A stretch of DNA of 64,000 nucleotides. It comes from Gemmatimonadota bacterium. Lineage in GTDB: Bacteria; Gemmatimonadota; Gemmatimonadetes; Gemmatimonadales; GWC2-71-9. Every line of letters starts with the position of its first letter. Position 1 is the first letter of the stretch. The translations under genes were made by a program, and so were the position numbers. Below, piece by piece: positions 7,655 through 17,735 of this stretch. Where the stretch lies: assembly GCA_036679645.1 (NCBI GenBank), contig JAZDCY010000013.1, positions 1 to 64,000 on the forward strand. The letters run 5' to 3'. The notes below the pieces were generated by a model that saw only the letters and a program-made list of their open reading frames with translations, did not search any database and was not told the DNA's origin.

Positions 7655-9112
7655 TCAGTAGAGTCCCGTCGCCGACAGCACCGCTCTGAAGCGCGGCTGG
7701 GAGCGAAAGTCCGCAAAGAGTTTTTGCACGGCGACCAGCCGCATGAAGGTGCTCTTCTGTTCGGCGGCTGTCTCCAGCCAGTCCAGGGCCTTGTCGTCGT
7801 TTCCGAGTGCCGCGTAGAGCAGTGCATAGTCGTATGGGTCGAGGTTGGCAGAGTTCTCTACGGCCAACAGAGCATCAAGCGCTTCGGCACGCGGCCTCGC
7901 GCCCGTGATCCCTTCCCATACTTGCTGAAACGGCTCGCGTTCGTGATCCCCCGCCTCGATCCATCGGAGGCCTGTCCGAAACGCTTCATCCAGTCTTTGC
8001 TCGGCGAGATACCAAAACGCCAAGTCGCGTAGCGCCGGCGTGATGTTCGGGCTGAGTTCGAGAGCTTGCTTCATCTGCCGCAGTGCAGCTTCCAACGAGT
8101 CGGCATAGTACAGTGCCTCCGCGTACATCACGTTGATGACCGGAGACAGCGGGTCCAACTCGTAGGCTCGCCTGGTTTCAGACACCGCTTCCTCGACACG
8201 CCCCGTCCATGTGAGGAGTTCGCCGTACCACTGATGGGCCGTCGCATAGTTCGGATTCAGCGCGATGGCGCGTCGGTACGCCTGTTCTGCCCCGATCCAC
8301 TCCCATCGGTTGTCCATGATATAGCCGAGCGATGCGTGCGCCTCGGCCAGCGTACTGTCGAGATCCAGCGCTTTCGAGGCGGCTGCATGGGCACGATCGA
8401 AGGCCTCACGCGCGGACACGGGCGCATAGGTTGGCAAGACGGCGTAGGCGTCCGCCAAGCCGGCGTATGCGAGAGCGTAGCTGGAGTCAGCCTCGATCGC
8501 TTGCTCGAAATATTGAATCGCCGCATCGAGCACGTCGGCGGGACCTCGTTGATGCCACTGGTATCGTCCCCGCAAGTACAGGTTGTACGCCTCGACGTTC
8601 GCCGCGTGCCGCGTCGCGAGCTGTGAGCCGATGTCCCCGAGCAGCTCGACCTTCAGCGCCGCCACGATCGCCCGCGCGATGGCATCTTGCACGGTAAATA
8701 TGTCCGTGAGTTCACGGTCGTACGTTTCGGACCAGAGCTGGAACCCATCGGAAACGTTGATGAGTTGCGCCGCGATGCGGATCCTGGTACCCGAGTGGCG
8801 TACACTGCCTTCGAGGATTGCGCCGACGTTTAGCTGACGGCCGATCGAACCGATGGTCTCACTCTTACCTTTGAACGAAAACGAAGACGTGCGCGCCGCG
8901 ACTTGCAGGTCGGGCACCTTCGCGAGGGCGTTGAGGAGTTCTTCAGCGAGTCCGTCCCCGAAATACTCGTTGTCGGGGTTTGCACTGAGATTTTGGAAAG
9001 GCAATACAGCAATCGACACTGCTCCTTGTGGGGCGCCTGTGGTGGAGTTGCCGGGTAGCTGGGATCGCAGCCGCAGCGTCAGCAAGGCCGAGACCCGGTG
9101 GGGCAAACGCAA
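7655..9112 (-). CDS. TolB-N/FlgO-like plus TPR protein, probably 5'-truncated
   Basis: SIAVLPFQNLS, EYFGDGLAEELLNAL, ARTSSF, ILEGSVR, then TPRs; no clear start. Confidence 0.8.
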   Translation of the reverse strand: MRLPHRVSALLTLRLRSQLPGNSTTGAPQGAVSIAVLPFQNLSANPDNEYFGDGLAEELLNALAKVPDLQVAARTSSFSFKGKSETIGSIGRQLNVGAILEGSVRHSGTRIRIAAQLINVSDGFQLWSETYDRELTDIFTVQDAIARAIVAALKVELLGDIGSQLATRHAANVEAYNLYLRGRYQWHQRGPADVLDAAIQYFEQAIEADSSYALAYAGLADAYAVLPTYAPVSAREAFDRAHAAASKALDLDSTLAEAHASLGYIMDNRWEWIGAEQAYRRAIALNPNYATAHQWYGELLTWTGRVEEAVSETRRAYELDPLSPVINVMYAEALYYADSLEAALRQMKQALELSPNITPALRDLAFWYLAEQRLDEAFRTGLRWIEAGDHEREPFQQVWEGITGARPRAEALDALLAVENSANLDPYDYALLYAALGNDDKALDWLETAAEQKSTFMRLVAVQKLFADFRSQPRFRAVLSATGLY

Positions 9113-9142
9113 AACGGCGCGGCTACCGCCGCGCCGTTTGCG
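9108..9142. terminator. Hairpin terminator downstream of the tRNA 3' end
   Basis: AAACGGCGCGGC-TACC-GCCGCGCCGTTT. Confidence 0.7.
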
Positions 9143-9144
9143 GA

Positions 9145-9200
9145 TTGCCCCACCGGGGATCGAACCAGGACTCTTCTGATCCAGAGTCAGACGTGTTGCC
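9145..9200 (-). tRNA. 3' part of tRNA-Gln(CTG); 5' end missing (att-like scar)
   Basis: GGCAACACG-TCTGA-CTCTGGA-TCAGA-AGAGT-CCTGG-TTCGATC-CCCGG-TGGGGCA-A; no 5' acceptor or D strand upstream. Confidence 0.8.
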
Positions 9201-9429
9201 TAGAGAGATCCGGCTTCGGAACTAGACCCACGGGGTGTTGCGCCGGGTCCGCGTCGTATGGAGCTTCTCGAATGAGTTGCGGGCCGGGAATCGCTTGCCC
9301 AGGTCCTGCTCGCGCAGCACGAGAACTGAGCGCTCCGCGCGCCGTGAGGCCGCGCCCAAAAATGTGCGGCGCGTTTGAACGGTGCCGTACACTCCCACAC
9401 TGACGAGCGCATGGGGAATGTGCCCTCGG

Positions 9430-9494
9430 TGACTGTCGATTTGACTGTCGAAAGAGTCCGGCAAAGTACGGCATTTGAGCGAAAAAGTACGGCA
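9430..9494. repeat. Two pairs of short direct repeats
   Basis: TGACTGTCGA at 9430 and 9442; AAAGTACGGCA at 9463 and 9484. Confidence 0.7.
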
Positions 9495-9686
9495 GGTTGT
9501 GGGAACTATCGTAGGAATTCCGGCATTTTGCCGTGATTACGTGATCGTCTTTATCGCTCTCCAGGCGTGCCTCTTCACCCGCAGCGACCCCGCAGGGCGA
9601 AGCAAGGGGAGCGGATAGTGTGCGGGGAGGTGCTCTGTTCCCCGATTCGAGTAGACACCTAAGTTTGTCACTCGAAGGGAGGGAGA

Positions 9687-10088
9687 ATGTTCTACTACAA
9701 TACCTTTGCTCGTGTCGCCCTGGTGCCGTACGTGGGCGGGACCATCGTCCACATCCTTCGGCTGATCTATGACTTTCCGATCGAACAGATGCCCACGGAG
9801 GTCGATTGGCTCGTCGTCGTCATCGGAGGGTACGCCGGCGTGGGACTCATCGTATTCGCCAGCCGCGTTCGCTTCGAGAATGTGTGGGACAAAGTCGGCT
9901 ACGGGTTGCTGATCTTCCATCTCGATGGATCCGTGGTCCTTCACGCGTACATGTTATTTGCGGGGAGCCACGATGCCCTGCGAGTCTTTCCTTACTGGTA
10001 CAGTTTCCTCGCGGTCGCATACTTCATCGGACTCGGACTCTACGTCCGCCGTTTGAACAACCGGCTGTACAGGGAGACGCGACCATAG
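9687..10088 (+). CDS. Hypothetical membrane protein, about 4 TM
   Basis: RBS GGAGGGAG, hydrophobic helices. Confidence 0.7.
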   Translation: MFYYNTFARVALVPYVGGTIVHILRLIYDFPIEQMPTEVDWLVVVIGGYAGVGLIVFASRVRFENVWDKVGYGLLIFHLDGSVVLHAYMLFAGSHDALRVFPYWYSFLAVAYFIGLGLYVRRLNNRLYRETRP

Positions 10089-10145
10089 CCGGTCCCGGCT
10101 CACGACCTCTTCAGGTTCATCGCCACGACATGCCGGCGGGCTCTT

Positions 10146-10600
10146 CTAAGGAACGATTGTCGGTGGAATGGCCGTGAACATCACGGCGATCGCCGCTGCG
10201 GTGAAAACGTGCCACAACCCATGACCGACTCTGACGAGTACGCCGGTGCGCTTGTCTATCGACCAGACGATGATCGCGAGCACGAACAGGCCGAGGCTAT
10301 ACAACCCCAGCGTGGCATTGCCGCTCGTAAATACACCGACCGAGATGAGCGCCAACAAAAGCGCCATGCGCGCCATCAGATTTCCGTCCAGCAGCCACGC
10401 AAGGGCAATTCCGCTCAGCGCCGCTCCCGCCAGCGTGATCCAGGTTTCCGACGGGTGGCCCACGACCACCACGTAGAACGCCAGTCCGGCCATCACGGCG
10501 TACATGCCGCCGTGGTCCCACCTCGCGGACCAGCGTGTCTTGACCCCGTGATAGATGGCTGAGCCAAAGCAGAGAAAGGCCATGGTAATGAACCCAATAT
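10146..10600 (-). pseudogene. CREST-superfamily (ceramidase/hemolysin III-like) membrane protein, 5'-truncated
   Basis: SAIYH, DHGGM and HGLWH motifs; N-terminal part does not look coding. Confidence 0.55.
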
Positions 10601-10845
10601 GAGCCTTTTCAGAAGTGTCCGCGAAACCGGGGGAATACCGAGGATGCACTGTGTGACGAAGGCAGTTTGGCGCTAACCGGTTGCCAAGATGGGTTACAGG
10701 AGTCAAACTAGGCGCTCAGAAAAGCATGAACGGACCCAGGGTTCAGACGCCGCCGCCGTGCTGACGCTCTCGCTTGTCACATGGCCGGCTAGGGATCCCC
10801 TGGAAGAGTGTCACCACGAGTGGCCTGACGCCTGAGGACGCAACC

Positions 10846-11937
10846 GTGCGAGACCTGGACAAGAGCAAGGATGAGCTGAAGAAAGGTGCCGAGCGAATGG
10901 CGAGGATGATGGCCGAGCGTGAGCAGCGTTTTCGGCGGGTGTTTGATGAGGGACCGCTTGGAATGGCGCTGGTCGGTAAGGACTACCGCTTCTTGCAAGT
11001 CAACAACAAGCTCTGCGAGATAGTCGGATACACTGAGACGGAGCTGACCCAACTGGGGTTCCCGGACATTACACACCCAGAGGATCTTGGGAAGGACATC
11101 GAGCTGGCAGAACAAGTGTTCCGGGGCGACCTACCGTCTTACCAAATTGAGAAACGCTACATCGCGAAGGGTCAAGATATAGTCTGGATTCACCTTACTG
11201 CCTCTGTGATTCGCGACGAACAAGGCGAGCCGATGTACGGTTTGGCGATGATAGAGGACATCACCGAACGCAAGCGGTCGGAGGAGGTGCTGCGGAAGTA
11301 CGAGTCTATGGTATCTGCCAGCAGGGATCTCATGGTGTTTGTTGATACTACGTACACCTATCGGGCGGTGAACGCGGCCTACTGCGAAGCTCACAGGAAA
11401 ACCCGAGAGGAGATTCTTGGACACAGTGTGGCCTCGGTGCTGGGACAGGAAATCTTCGAGACGACGCTAAAGGCCAACCTGGATCGCTGTCTGGCTGGGG
11501 AACAGATGAACTTCGAGTTCTGGTGGGACTCACCCGCTTTAGGTCGTCGATACGTGGATGCACGATATGACCCTTTCTACGAGGCCGACGGCTCGGTTTC
11601 AGGAGTCCTCGTGGACGTTCGTGACAATACAGATCAGAAGCAGGCGGAGGAGGCGCTTCGAGAAGCTCGGAGAATGAAGGCTATCGGACAGATAGCTCTA
11701 ACCGTGCGGCACCATGTCAATAACGCGCTCACCACTATCCTGCTCAGCAGCCAACGCTTGGCTTCCGAGGGTTCGCTCCTGACGCAGGATCACAGAGAGA
11801 TGGTGCAGGAGATCTCTAAGGCTGCCAGACGCATCGCACAGGATCTCGAGAAGATCCGGAATCTCAAGACTGCACCCGTCACCACATATGCAACTGGTGA
11901 AGAGATGGTGGATCTCGCGGCCGCCACGACGAAATGA
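10846..11937 (+). CDS. PAS-PAS-HisKA protein without ATPase domain
   Basis: Two PAS/PAC units (ITHPED, EDITERK, DVRDNT), TVRHHVNNAL H-box, short tail. Confidence 0.8.
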   Translation: MRDLDKSKDELKKGAERMARMMAEREQRFRRVFDEGPLGMALVGKDYRFLQVNNKLCEIVGYTETELTQLGFPDITHPEDLGKDIELAEQVFRGDLPSYQIEKRYIAKGQDIVWIHLTASVIRDEQGEPMYGLAMIEDITERKRSEEVLRKYESMVSASRDLMVFVDTTYTYRAVNAAYCEAHRKTREEILGHSVASVLGQEIFETTLKANLDRCLAGEQMNFEFWWDSPALGRRYVDARYDPFYEADGSVSGVLVDVRDNTDQKQAEEALREARRMKAIGQIALTVRHHVNNALTTILLSSQRLASEGSLLTQDHREMVQEISKAARRIAQDLEKIRNLKTAPVTTYATGEEMVDLAAATTK

Positions 11938-11958
11938 CGCTGGACCACCATTGTTATC

Positions 11959-11996
11959 GAGACGTTACTCCTTGAGGGCACTTCTTGGAAACATCA
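11959..11996 (-). mobile_element. Left-end remnant of an IS-B sister
   Basis: Minus strand TGATGTTTCCAAGAAGTGCCCTCAAGGAGTAACGTCTC versus IS-B TGATGTTTCCAAGAAGTGCCCTCGAGGAATAACGTCTC (2 mismatches in 38). Confidence 0.85.
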
Positions 11997-12087
11997 GGCG
12001 GCTGTAGAAAAGAAGGGGACGAGAGGGACGACGGAGGAGATGACATCGCCCCCTTCATCGCCCCCATTGTCGCCCCTTTCGTCGCCC

Positions 12088-13134
12088 TTAGTTGGCAGCA
12101 GAGTCCGCGATGACAACCGATGTGGTGTCGAACGGGATCTCGACGGCGTCATCATCGCCACGGATCTCGCGGATGAACTCGTCCGCCATCCCGAGCAAGT
12201 CAAACTTCGGGACACCGTCCGCGTTCGACCGGCCCGTGACTCGCTCCAGGTTGTGCTTGGCTCTCACGTGGCTCCCATCGGACGCTAGCGCTGCGCTATA
12301 GGCCTCCCCTGCCGCGACAGCGTATCCATTGCGCTCGAGTGCAATCCCGAGGTTGTTCTGAAAGACGGCCACATGGGGCGCCAGCTCGACCGCCCGGGCC
12401 AGAGGCGGCAGCGCTCGCTCGAACGCTCCCCTCCTGATCCGCAACAGCCCGAGGTTGTTCATGGACCACACATCTTCCTCATCCAGCACGAGTGCCTGGT
12501 AGAACGCGTCTTCCGCCTCGTCGAGCCACCCCAGGTCCTGGCGCGCCAAGCCCAGGAGACGAAAGCCATCGACGGAACCGGGATCCAGAGCCAAGGCCTC
12601 CTCGACACGCGCAAGCGCGTCCTGGGCACGGTCCACACGCAGCAACACGCGCGTCACGTTCAAGAGACTCTTGACGTGGGTTGGGTCGAGATCGAGCGCC
12701 CGCTCGAACGCGTCGATCGCCTCCTCGAGCCGGCCGGCCTCGCGGGCGGAGAGCGCGAGCATGTAGCGACCCCAGACGTTCTCGGGCCGCCCAGCGACAT
12801 AAACACCGAAGTACTCGACCGCCTCGTCGTAACGGCCCTCGTGAAAGAGCGTCTCCGCCTCAGCGTAGGTGACGTGTTCGGGCACCGTGATGGTCGGCGG
12901 CTCCGGCTCGGAGACCGTGCTCGGGTACTCCTCATAGGTGACCGCCGAAACGGGTTGCGTGGGCACGGCGCTGGACGCCTGCGCCACACCATCGCCCGAT
13001 GGCGCGCTCCCGCGACTCGCGCGGCCGGGGGCGTCGCATCCGGCGCTAAGAAACGCCAGGAGCAAGAAGAGGATGACCGCCCCATCCCCCATGCGGTCCT
13101 TGACCTGATCGCGTGAAATCGTCCGCAAACGCAT
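12088..13134 (-). CDS. TPR lipoprotein
   Basis: RBS AAGGAGG, lipobox SAGC, multiple TPRs. Confidence 0.85.
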   Translation of the reverse strand: MRLRTISRDQVKDRMGDGAVILFLLLAFLSAGCDAPGRASRGSAPSGDGVAQASSAVPTQPVSAVTYEEYPSTVSEPEPPTITVPEHVTYAEAETLFHEGRYDEAVEYFGVYVAGRPENVWGRYMLALSAREAGRLEEAIDAFERALDLDPTHVKSLLNVTRVLLRVDRAQDALARVEEALALDPGSVDGFRLLGLARQDLGWLDEAEDAFYQALVLDEEDVWSMNNLGLLRIRRGAFERALPPLARAVELAPHVAVFQNNLGIALERNGYAVAAGEAYSAALASDGSHVRAKHNLERVTGRSNADGVPKFDLLGMADEFIREIRGDDDAVEIPFDTTSVVIADSAAN

Positions 13135-13350
13135 ACTGACCTCCTTGAGATGACGTGCCCGTGGGCACGTGTTGGGTGATGTCGTCGCCCGTGAGCAACG
13201 CACCCCAGAGGCCAGCCGCCACACGCGCGGCCGGTGTCGTATAATCGGTTGAATCTGAATGTGTTAGGGTGATCGAGCGGGCGGTCTGCCATTGGCACCC
13301 CGGTGAACGCCCGGACACGATCCGCGCTACGGCCGTGTCGGGTGGGACAC

Positions 13351-14748
13351 CTATTCCGCGGCAGGCCGCGAGACATCGAGACGGCGCATCAACTTCAACA
13401 AGCTCGAGTGGTCGGCGAGCCCCAGTGCTGCCGCCGTCTTCGTGATGTGCCAGTCGTGGCGTGTCAGCGCATCCAGCACGATCTGCCGCTCCGCTGCAGT
13501 CTTCCGTTCCTGAAACGACCCCAGTGCCCCCCCGTCGGACGGCGGGGCGGACGAGTGCGCAGCGGAACGCCCCGGTTCATCACCAATCCCTTCGGGCACC
13601 TGCGCCGACATGACCGTGTCACCCTCGGTTGCGATGACGAGCCGCTCGACGATGTTGCGCAATTCCCGGACATTGTTGCGACGCCAGTCGTGCGCGGCGA
13701 GTCGATCGAGCGCCGACGGATCCAGCTGCTTGGGGCGCATCCCGAAACGCTCGCAGGTGAGCGCGAGCAGGTGGCCCACGAGTGCGGGAATATCGGACGG
13801 ATGCTCGCGGAGCGCGGGCACGCGGATGACATGGGCGTTGATCCGGTAGAGCAAATCCTGCCGAAACCCCTCCCCCTCCCCCTCCCCCTCCGCGTCGAGG
13901 TTGCGATTCGTGGCGGCGACCACGCGCGTCTGCACCTTCAAGCTGCGACTCCCTCCCACGCGAGTGACCAGGTTGTCCTCCAGCACGCGTAGCAGTTTGG
14001 CCTGTGCGGGGAGCGACAACTCGCCGATCTCGTCGAGGAACAGCGTGCCACCGCTGGCGACCTCGAACGCGCCCTTCCGCGCGCCAGTCGCGCCGGTGAA
14101 GGCACCGCGCTCATGTCCGAACAACTCGCTCTCCACGAGCTGTTCCGGCAACGCGGCGCAGTTCACCGGAAAGAACGGTCCTTTGGGGGCACGGCCCATC
14201 CGATGGAGTTCCCGCGCCACGAGCTCTTTGCCCGACCCGCTCTCACCTACTACGAGAACCGTGCTGGGAATGGGCGCCAGCCGCGCGATCTCAGCCCGCA
14301 GCCGCTCCATGACCGGGCTCGCGCCGATGAGCGGTGACTCGGTGCCCGATTGGCGTCGCAACGTGGCCACTTCCTGTTGCAATCGCCCACGCTCGAGGGT
14401 GGTCTCGATTTCTCGCACGACCCGCTCGACCGGCTCGGCCTTGTCGATGAACCCGGCAGCACCGAGACGCATGGCCTGTATACAGCGGTCGTAGTCTCCG
14501 GTGCCGGTATACACGATGACCGGAACACGGATACCGCGTTTCGTGAGGGACCGCAGCACATCGAAGCCGTCCGTGCCCGGCATCTCGAGATCGAGCACGA
14601 TCGCATCGACCGCCTCACGGTTGAGCAACTCGAGAGCCTCCGCACCACCACCCGCCGTGACGACGTCGTACCCACCTACGCGGCGGAGATCGTAGCTGTA
14701 TTGCTCGACCATCGCGGCGACGTCGTCGACAATCAGGATTGTGGTCAT
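13351..14748 (-). CDS. Sigma54-dependent response regulator (NtrC family)
   Basis: REC domain, GESGSGKE, GAFTGA, LFLDEIGE, C-terminal HTH. Confidence 0.95.
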   Translation of the reverse strand: MTTILIVDDVAAMVEQYSYDLRRVGGYDVVTAGGGAEALELLNREAVDAIVLDLEMPGTDGFDVLRSLTKRGIRVPVIVYTGTGDYDRCIQAMRLGAAGFIDKAEPVERVVREIETTLERGRLQQEVATLRRQSGTESPLIGASPVMERLRAEIARLAPIPSTVLVVGESGSGKELVARELHRMGRAPKGPFFPVNCAALPEQLVESELFGHERGAFTGATGARKGAFEVASGGTLFLDEIGELSLPAQAKLLRVLEDNLVTRVGGSRSLKVQTRVVAATNRNLDAEGEGEGEGFRQDLLYRINAHVIRVPALREHPSDIPALVGHLLALTCERFGMRPKQLDPSALDRLAAHDWRRNNVRELRNIVERLVIATEGDTVMSAQVPEGIGDEPGRSAAHSSAPPSDGGALGSFQERKTAAERQIVLDALTRHDWHITKTAAALGLADHSSLLKLMRRLDVSRPAAE

Positions 14749-16409
14749 CGCGCGGGCACCTCGATCACGAAGGTCGTGCCAGCCCCGGGCTCCGTTTGCG
14801 CCTGGATGGTCCCACCGAGGTCAGCGATCAACCGGCGCACAACCGAGAGGCCGAGCCCGGTCCCATGCTCTTTCGTGGTGTAGAAATCGTCGAATGCGTG
14901 CTCGAGTTCTTCGTTGGTCATCCCGCATCCGGTATCCTGAATCGACACGCGCACCGTGCAATCGCCGGTCGTGCTCGTCACGGTAACGGATCCCGCATCG
15001 TCGGACAAACTCTCGACCGCGTTCCCGATGAGGTTTTCGAGTACCCGCCGGAGTGCGACCCCGTCACCCGCGGCCATGGGAAGATCACGTGCCAGCCGGA
15101 GGCTCACGACGTGACTCTCACCACCGCGTTCCGCCGCGATCTGCCGGACGATGGCATTCGTGTCGCACGGTCCGCGATCGAGCCGCGGAGAGAGTCGTGC
15201 GTAGTTCGTCGCGAGATCGTGAAGGTACGTGATGCTCGACTCGACGGTCTGGTGCCGCTCCGCGAACACGTCCGCTAGACGCGCCGGCTCCCGCGCGGCC
15301 ACCTCGCTCAGGTGTCGAAACACGTTACGAATGGGCGTGAGCCCGTTCTTGATGTCATGGTTGACCTGCCGTGCCACGTCGGCCACCGTCGCCCGCCGCT
15401 CCGCCTCTCGCAGGCGTCCCGTGCTGCGGCGCAGTCGCTTCACCAACCCATCCAGCAGCCGTGCGAGGCGCCCCACCTCGTCGGACCGGTGGGTGGCAAA
15501 CTCGACGTCGAGTCGATCGAGGTCGAGTACCGCCGTCTTGCCGGCAAGGGTCGCGAGTGGACGACTCAACCGACTGGCAAACCACCAGGCCAGTAGCAAC
15601 GCTCCCGCAGCCGTGGCGGCCGCCGCTACCAGTATCCAGCGGCGCAGGTCGGCCTGCAATGCCACGAGACCTTCACGCGAATGCACGACGCTCACGATGG
15701 CGTCGTCGGGGTGACGTCCGTCCGCCGTAATGAAAGGAATCATCATATCCCGGCGTAGCGCATCCAGTGACTCAACTGCTTCGCCGGTTCCACCTGGGTC
15801 TTCGGGAGTCCACAGCGTCACGCGCACGTCCCGACCACCCGCGAGCCGATCGAGGAACCGCTCATCTATCGCCACACCGCCCACGAGCTCCAATCGTTCG
15901 GAACCCAGTCGCACCGTGTCGCGCGCCATGAAGGCCACGAAGGTGAGCGACGGAGTGCGAACACGCGTGAGCGCATGCCCCTCGAGAAGCGCCGCCAACT
16001 CGCGCGGAAGTGACGCCTCCACGCTACCGAATGCGTTGCGGAAGTGTCCCGAGCTGACGATGCGTCCCTCCGCATCGTGAATGGACAGCACATCCAATCC
16101 GGTCACCGCCATAGCGCGACCCGCGTAATCGATGACGTAGCGCCGATCGGACGCCGATTCCTCTCGCACGCCCCGCCGGAATCGGTTGTCGTCCCCAATC
16201 GCCTGTGCGATGCCGGCCAGCCGGGAGCGAATCAACGTCTCCTGGCGCTGGAGATCCGCCTGGACGCGCGTGGTGACATCCCCCACGCGGACCGAGAAAT
16301 CGAGCACGAGTCGGCGTTCCACCTCGTGCCGGATGCCCCACGACAGGACCGTAACCGTGAGAACGACCAGTGCGAGCGCCAACGCGAGGACGCGAAGGCG
16401 TAGCGTCAT
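14745..16409 (-). CDS. HAMP sensor histidine kinase
   Basis: 2 TM, HAMP, NHDIKNGL, ENLIGNA, DTGCG, GTGLGL; ATGA overlaps on both sides. Confidence 0.93.
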   Translation of the reverse strand: MTLRLRVLALALALVVLTVTVLSWGIRHEVERRLVLDFSVRVGDVTTRVQADLQRQETLIRSRLAGIAQAIGDDNRFRRGVREESASDRRYVIDYAGRAMAVTGLDVLSIHDAEGRIVSSGHFRNAFGSVEASLPRELAALLEGHALTRVRTPSLTFVAFMARDTVRLGSERLELVGGVAIDERFLDRLAGGRDVRVTLWTPEDPGGTGEAVESLDALRRDMMIPFITADGRHPDDAIVSVVHSREGLVALQADLRRWILVAAAATAAGALLLAWWFASRLSRPLATLAGKTAVLDLDRLDVEFATHRSDEVGRLARLLDGLVKRLRRSTGRLREAERRATVADVARQVNHDIKNGLTPIRNVFRHLSEVAAREPARLADVFAERHQTVESSITYLHDLATNYARLSPRLDRGPCDTNAIVRQIAAERGGESHVVSLRLARDLPMAAGDGVALRRVLENLIGNAVESLSDDAGSVTVTSTTGDCTVRVSIQDTGCGMTNEELEHAFDDFYTTKEHGTGLGLSVVRRLIADLGGTIQAQTEPGAGTTFVIEVPAR

Positions 16410-17668
16410 GGACGTCCGTCGAAGCGCGGCAGACCGTCTGCGCCGACCCAGACCGGGCCGACCCCGTGTCGCGCAATGAGGCTTGACCGGACATCGATGA
16501 GCGGCAGGACCAACTTGCCGTACCGACGCAGCGTCTCGCAGGTCACCGACAGATCGGTGAGCGACACAACGTAGGCGAACCCGGACGGCTGCGCGGTCGC
16601 GGAGGCAAGCTCGGCTCGGGAAACCGCCTCCGCGAACACGTTCCCAGCCTGAGTCAAGGCCACGAGGCGCTCGGCGAGGGCACGGGCCACGGCGTCGTCG
16701 TGCGCGTAGACGACTCTGCGAACCGCGGGTGCCCGGGCGGGTGGCGCGGTCTGGCCATCTTCCACGCACGCGCCCTCGCGCCACGGGAGCGCCCCCGCCC
16801 CCTCGGCACGACGCGCATCGACCGGCACGACGTCGCGCGCCAATTCATCCCGTCGGTCCGCCAGACTCGCCTGCCAGCTCCCGGCGATGAGGGCATAGGT
16901 TCGAGTCCACCGCAGAGGCACCACAGTCAGGTCCTCGTGAGCCTCGGCGTAACGCAACGTGGCGCGGTCGGCCGTTATGACGGCATCGACCCCTAGATCC
17001 AGCAGGTCGCGTGGATCGTCCCCAGGCCCGATCACGAACCGAAGCACCGGACCGTTTCCACCCGAGAGCGTGACGACCGGGCGACCGTCCATCATCTCGC
17101 GCGTGACCGTGCGCGCGACGGTTCCCATCGGCGTACCGGCTCCCGACGTCTTCCATACTGCCAGCGCGGGATCCGCACCGGTTGCGATATCCGTTCTTGA
17201 CGTGAAAGTCGTTTCGACGGCGGTATCGCCCAGCACGCGCAGGCTGGCGATGTCCGGTCGCGCGTCTCGCCAGAGTGCGACGACGTCCGCCGCGGATACC
17301 GGAGTCCCGTCACTGAACCGTAGGTCAGGTCGCAGCGCATACCGCCAGACGGTGCCACCCGCGTCGTGCCACCACGCGGTGGCGAAGCCTGCGACGGCGC
17401 GACCGCGACAGTCCATGCGGACCGGTGGCTCGAAGAGATGGCGGAACACCAGGGCTTCCGCCTCGTTGGTGGGCACCGGGACGTGCCCAAAATCCACCGC
17501 GGCCGTGACGCCGACGGTTACCGAATCTGCCGCACCGCGGTCCGCGAGGTGGACGAGGCACTGGGCGAGCAGGTCGGGACCGCTGACACGCCGCGCGGCG
17601 CAGCCTGCGCAGGCGAGCGTGAGTAGCGCGACGGCGACGCGCCGTCCCCAACCGCGGTGAATCTTCAT
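16406..17668 (-). CDS. Family 5 solute-binding-like lipoprotein
   Basis: Lipobox CAGC, LRPDLRFSDGTPVSAADV. Confidence 0.7.
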   Translation of the reverse strand: MKIHRGWGRRVAVALLTLACAGCAARRVSGPDLLAQCLVHLADRGAADSVTVGVTAAVDFGHVPVPTNEAEALVFRHLFEPPVRMDCRGRAVAGFATAWWHDAGGTVWRYALRPDLRFSDGTPVSAADVVALWRDARPDIASLRVLGDTAVETTFTSRTDIATGADPALAVWKTSGAGTPMGTVARTVTREMMDGRPVVTLSGGNGPVLRFVIGPGDDPRDLLDLGVDAVITADRATLRYAEAHEDLTVVPLRWTRTYALIAGSWQASLADRRDELARDVVPVDARRAEGAGALPWREGACVEDGQTAPPARAPAVRRVVYAHDDAVARALAERLVALTQAGNVFAEAVSRAELASATAQPSGFAYVVSLTDLSVTCETLRRYGKLVLPLIDVRSSLIARHGVGPVWVGADGLPRFDGRP

Positions 17669-17735
17669 CCCTTGAGATTGCAGAGGGGTGGGCGGCGAGG
17701 GCAATAGGCCGTAGTTTTGACCTCGGAGGAACCGC

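Noticed and set aside
7301..8032. 243-aa plus-strand ORF as intI
   Set aside because: No tyrosine recombinase motifs; mostly antisense to the TPR gene
9201..9240. CACCCCGTGGGTCTAG as the 5' half of an interrupted tRNA
   Set aside because: It cannot form the D stem with ACAC or a clean acceptor stem
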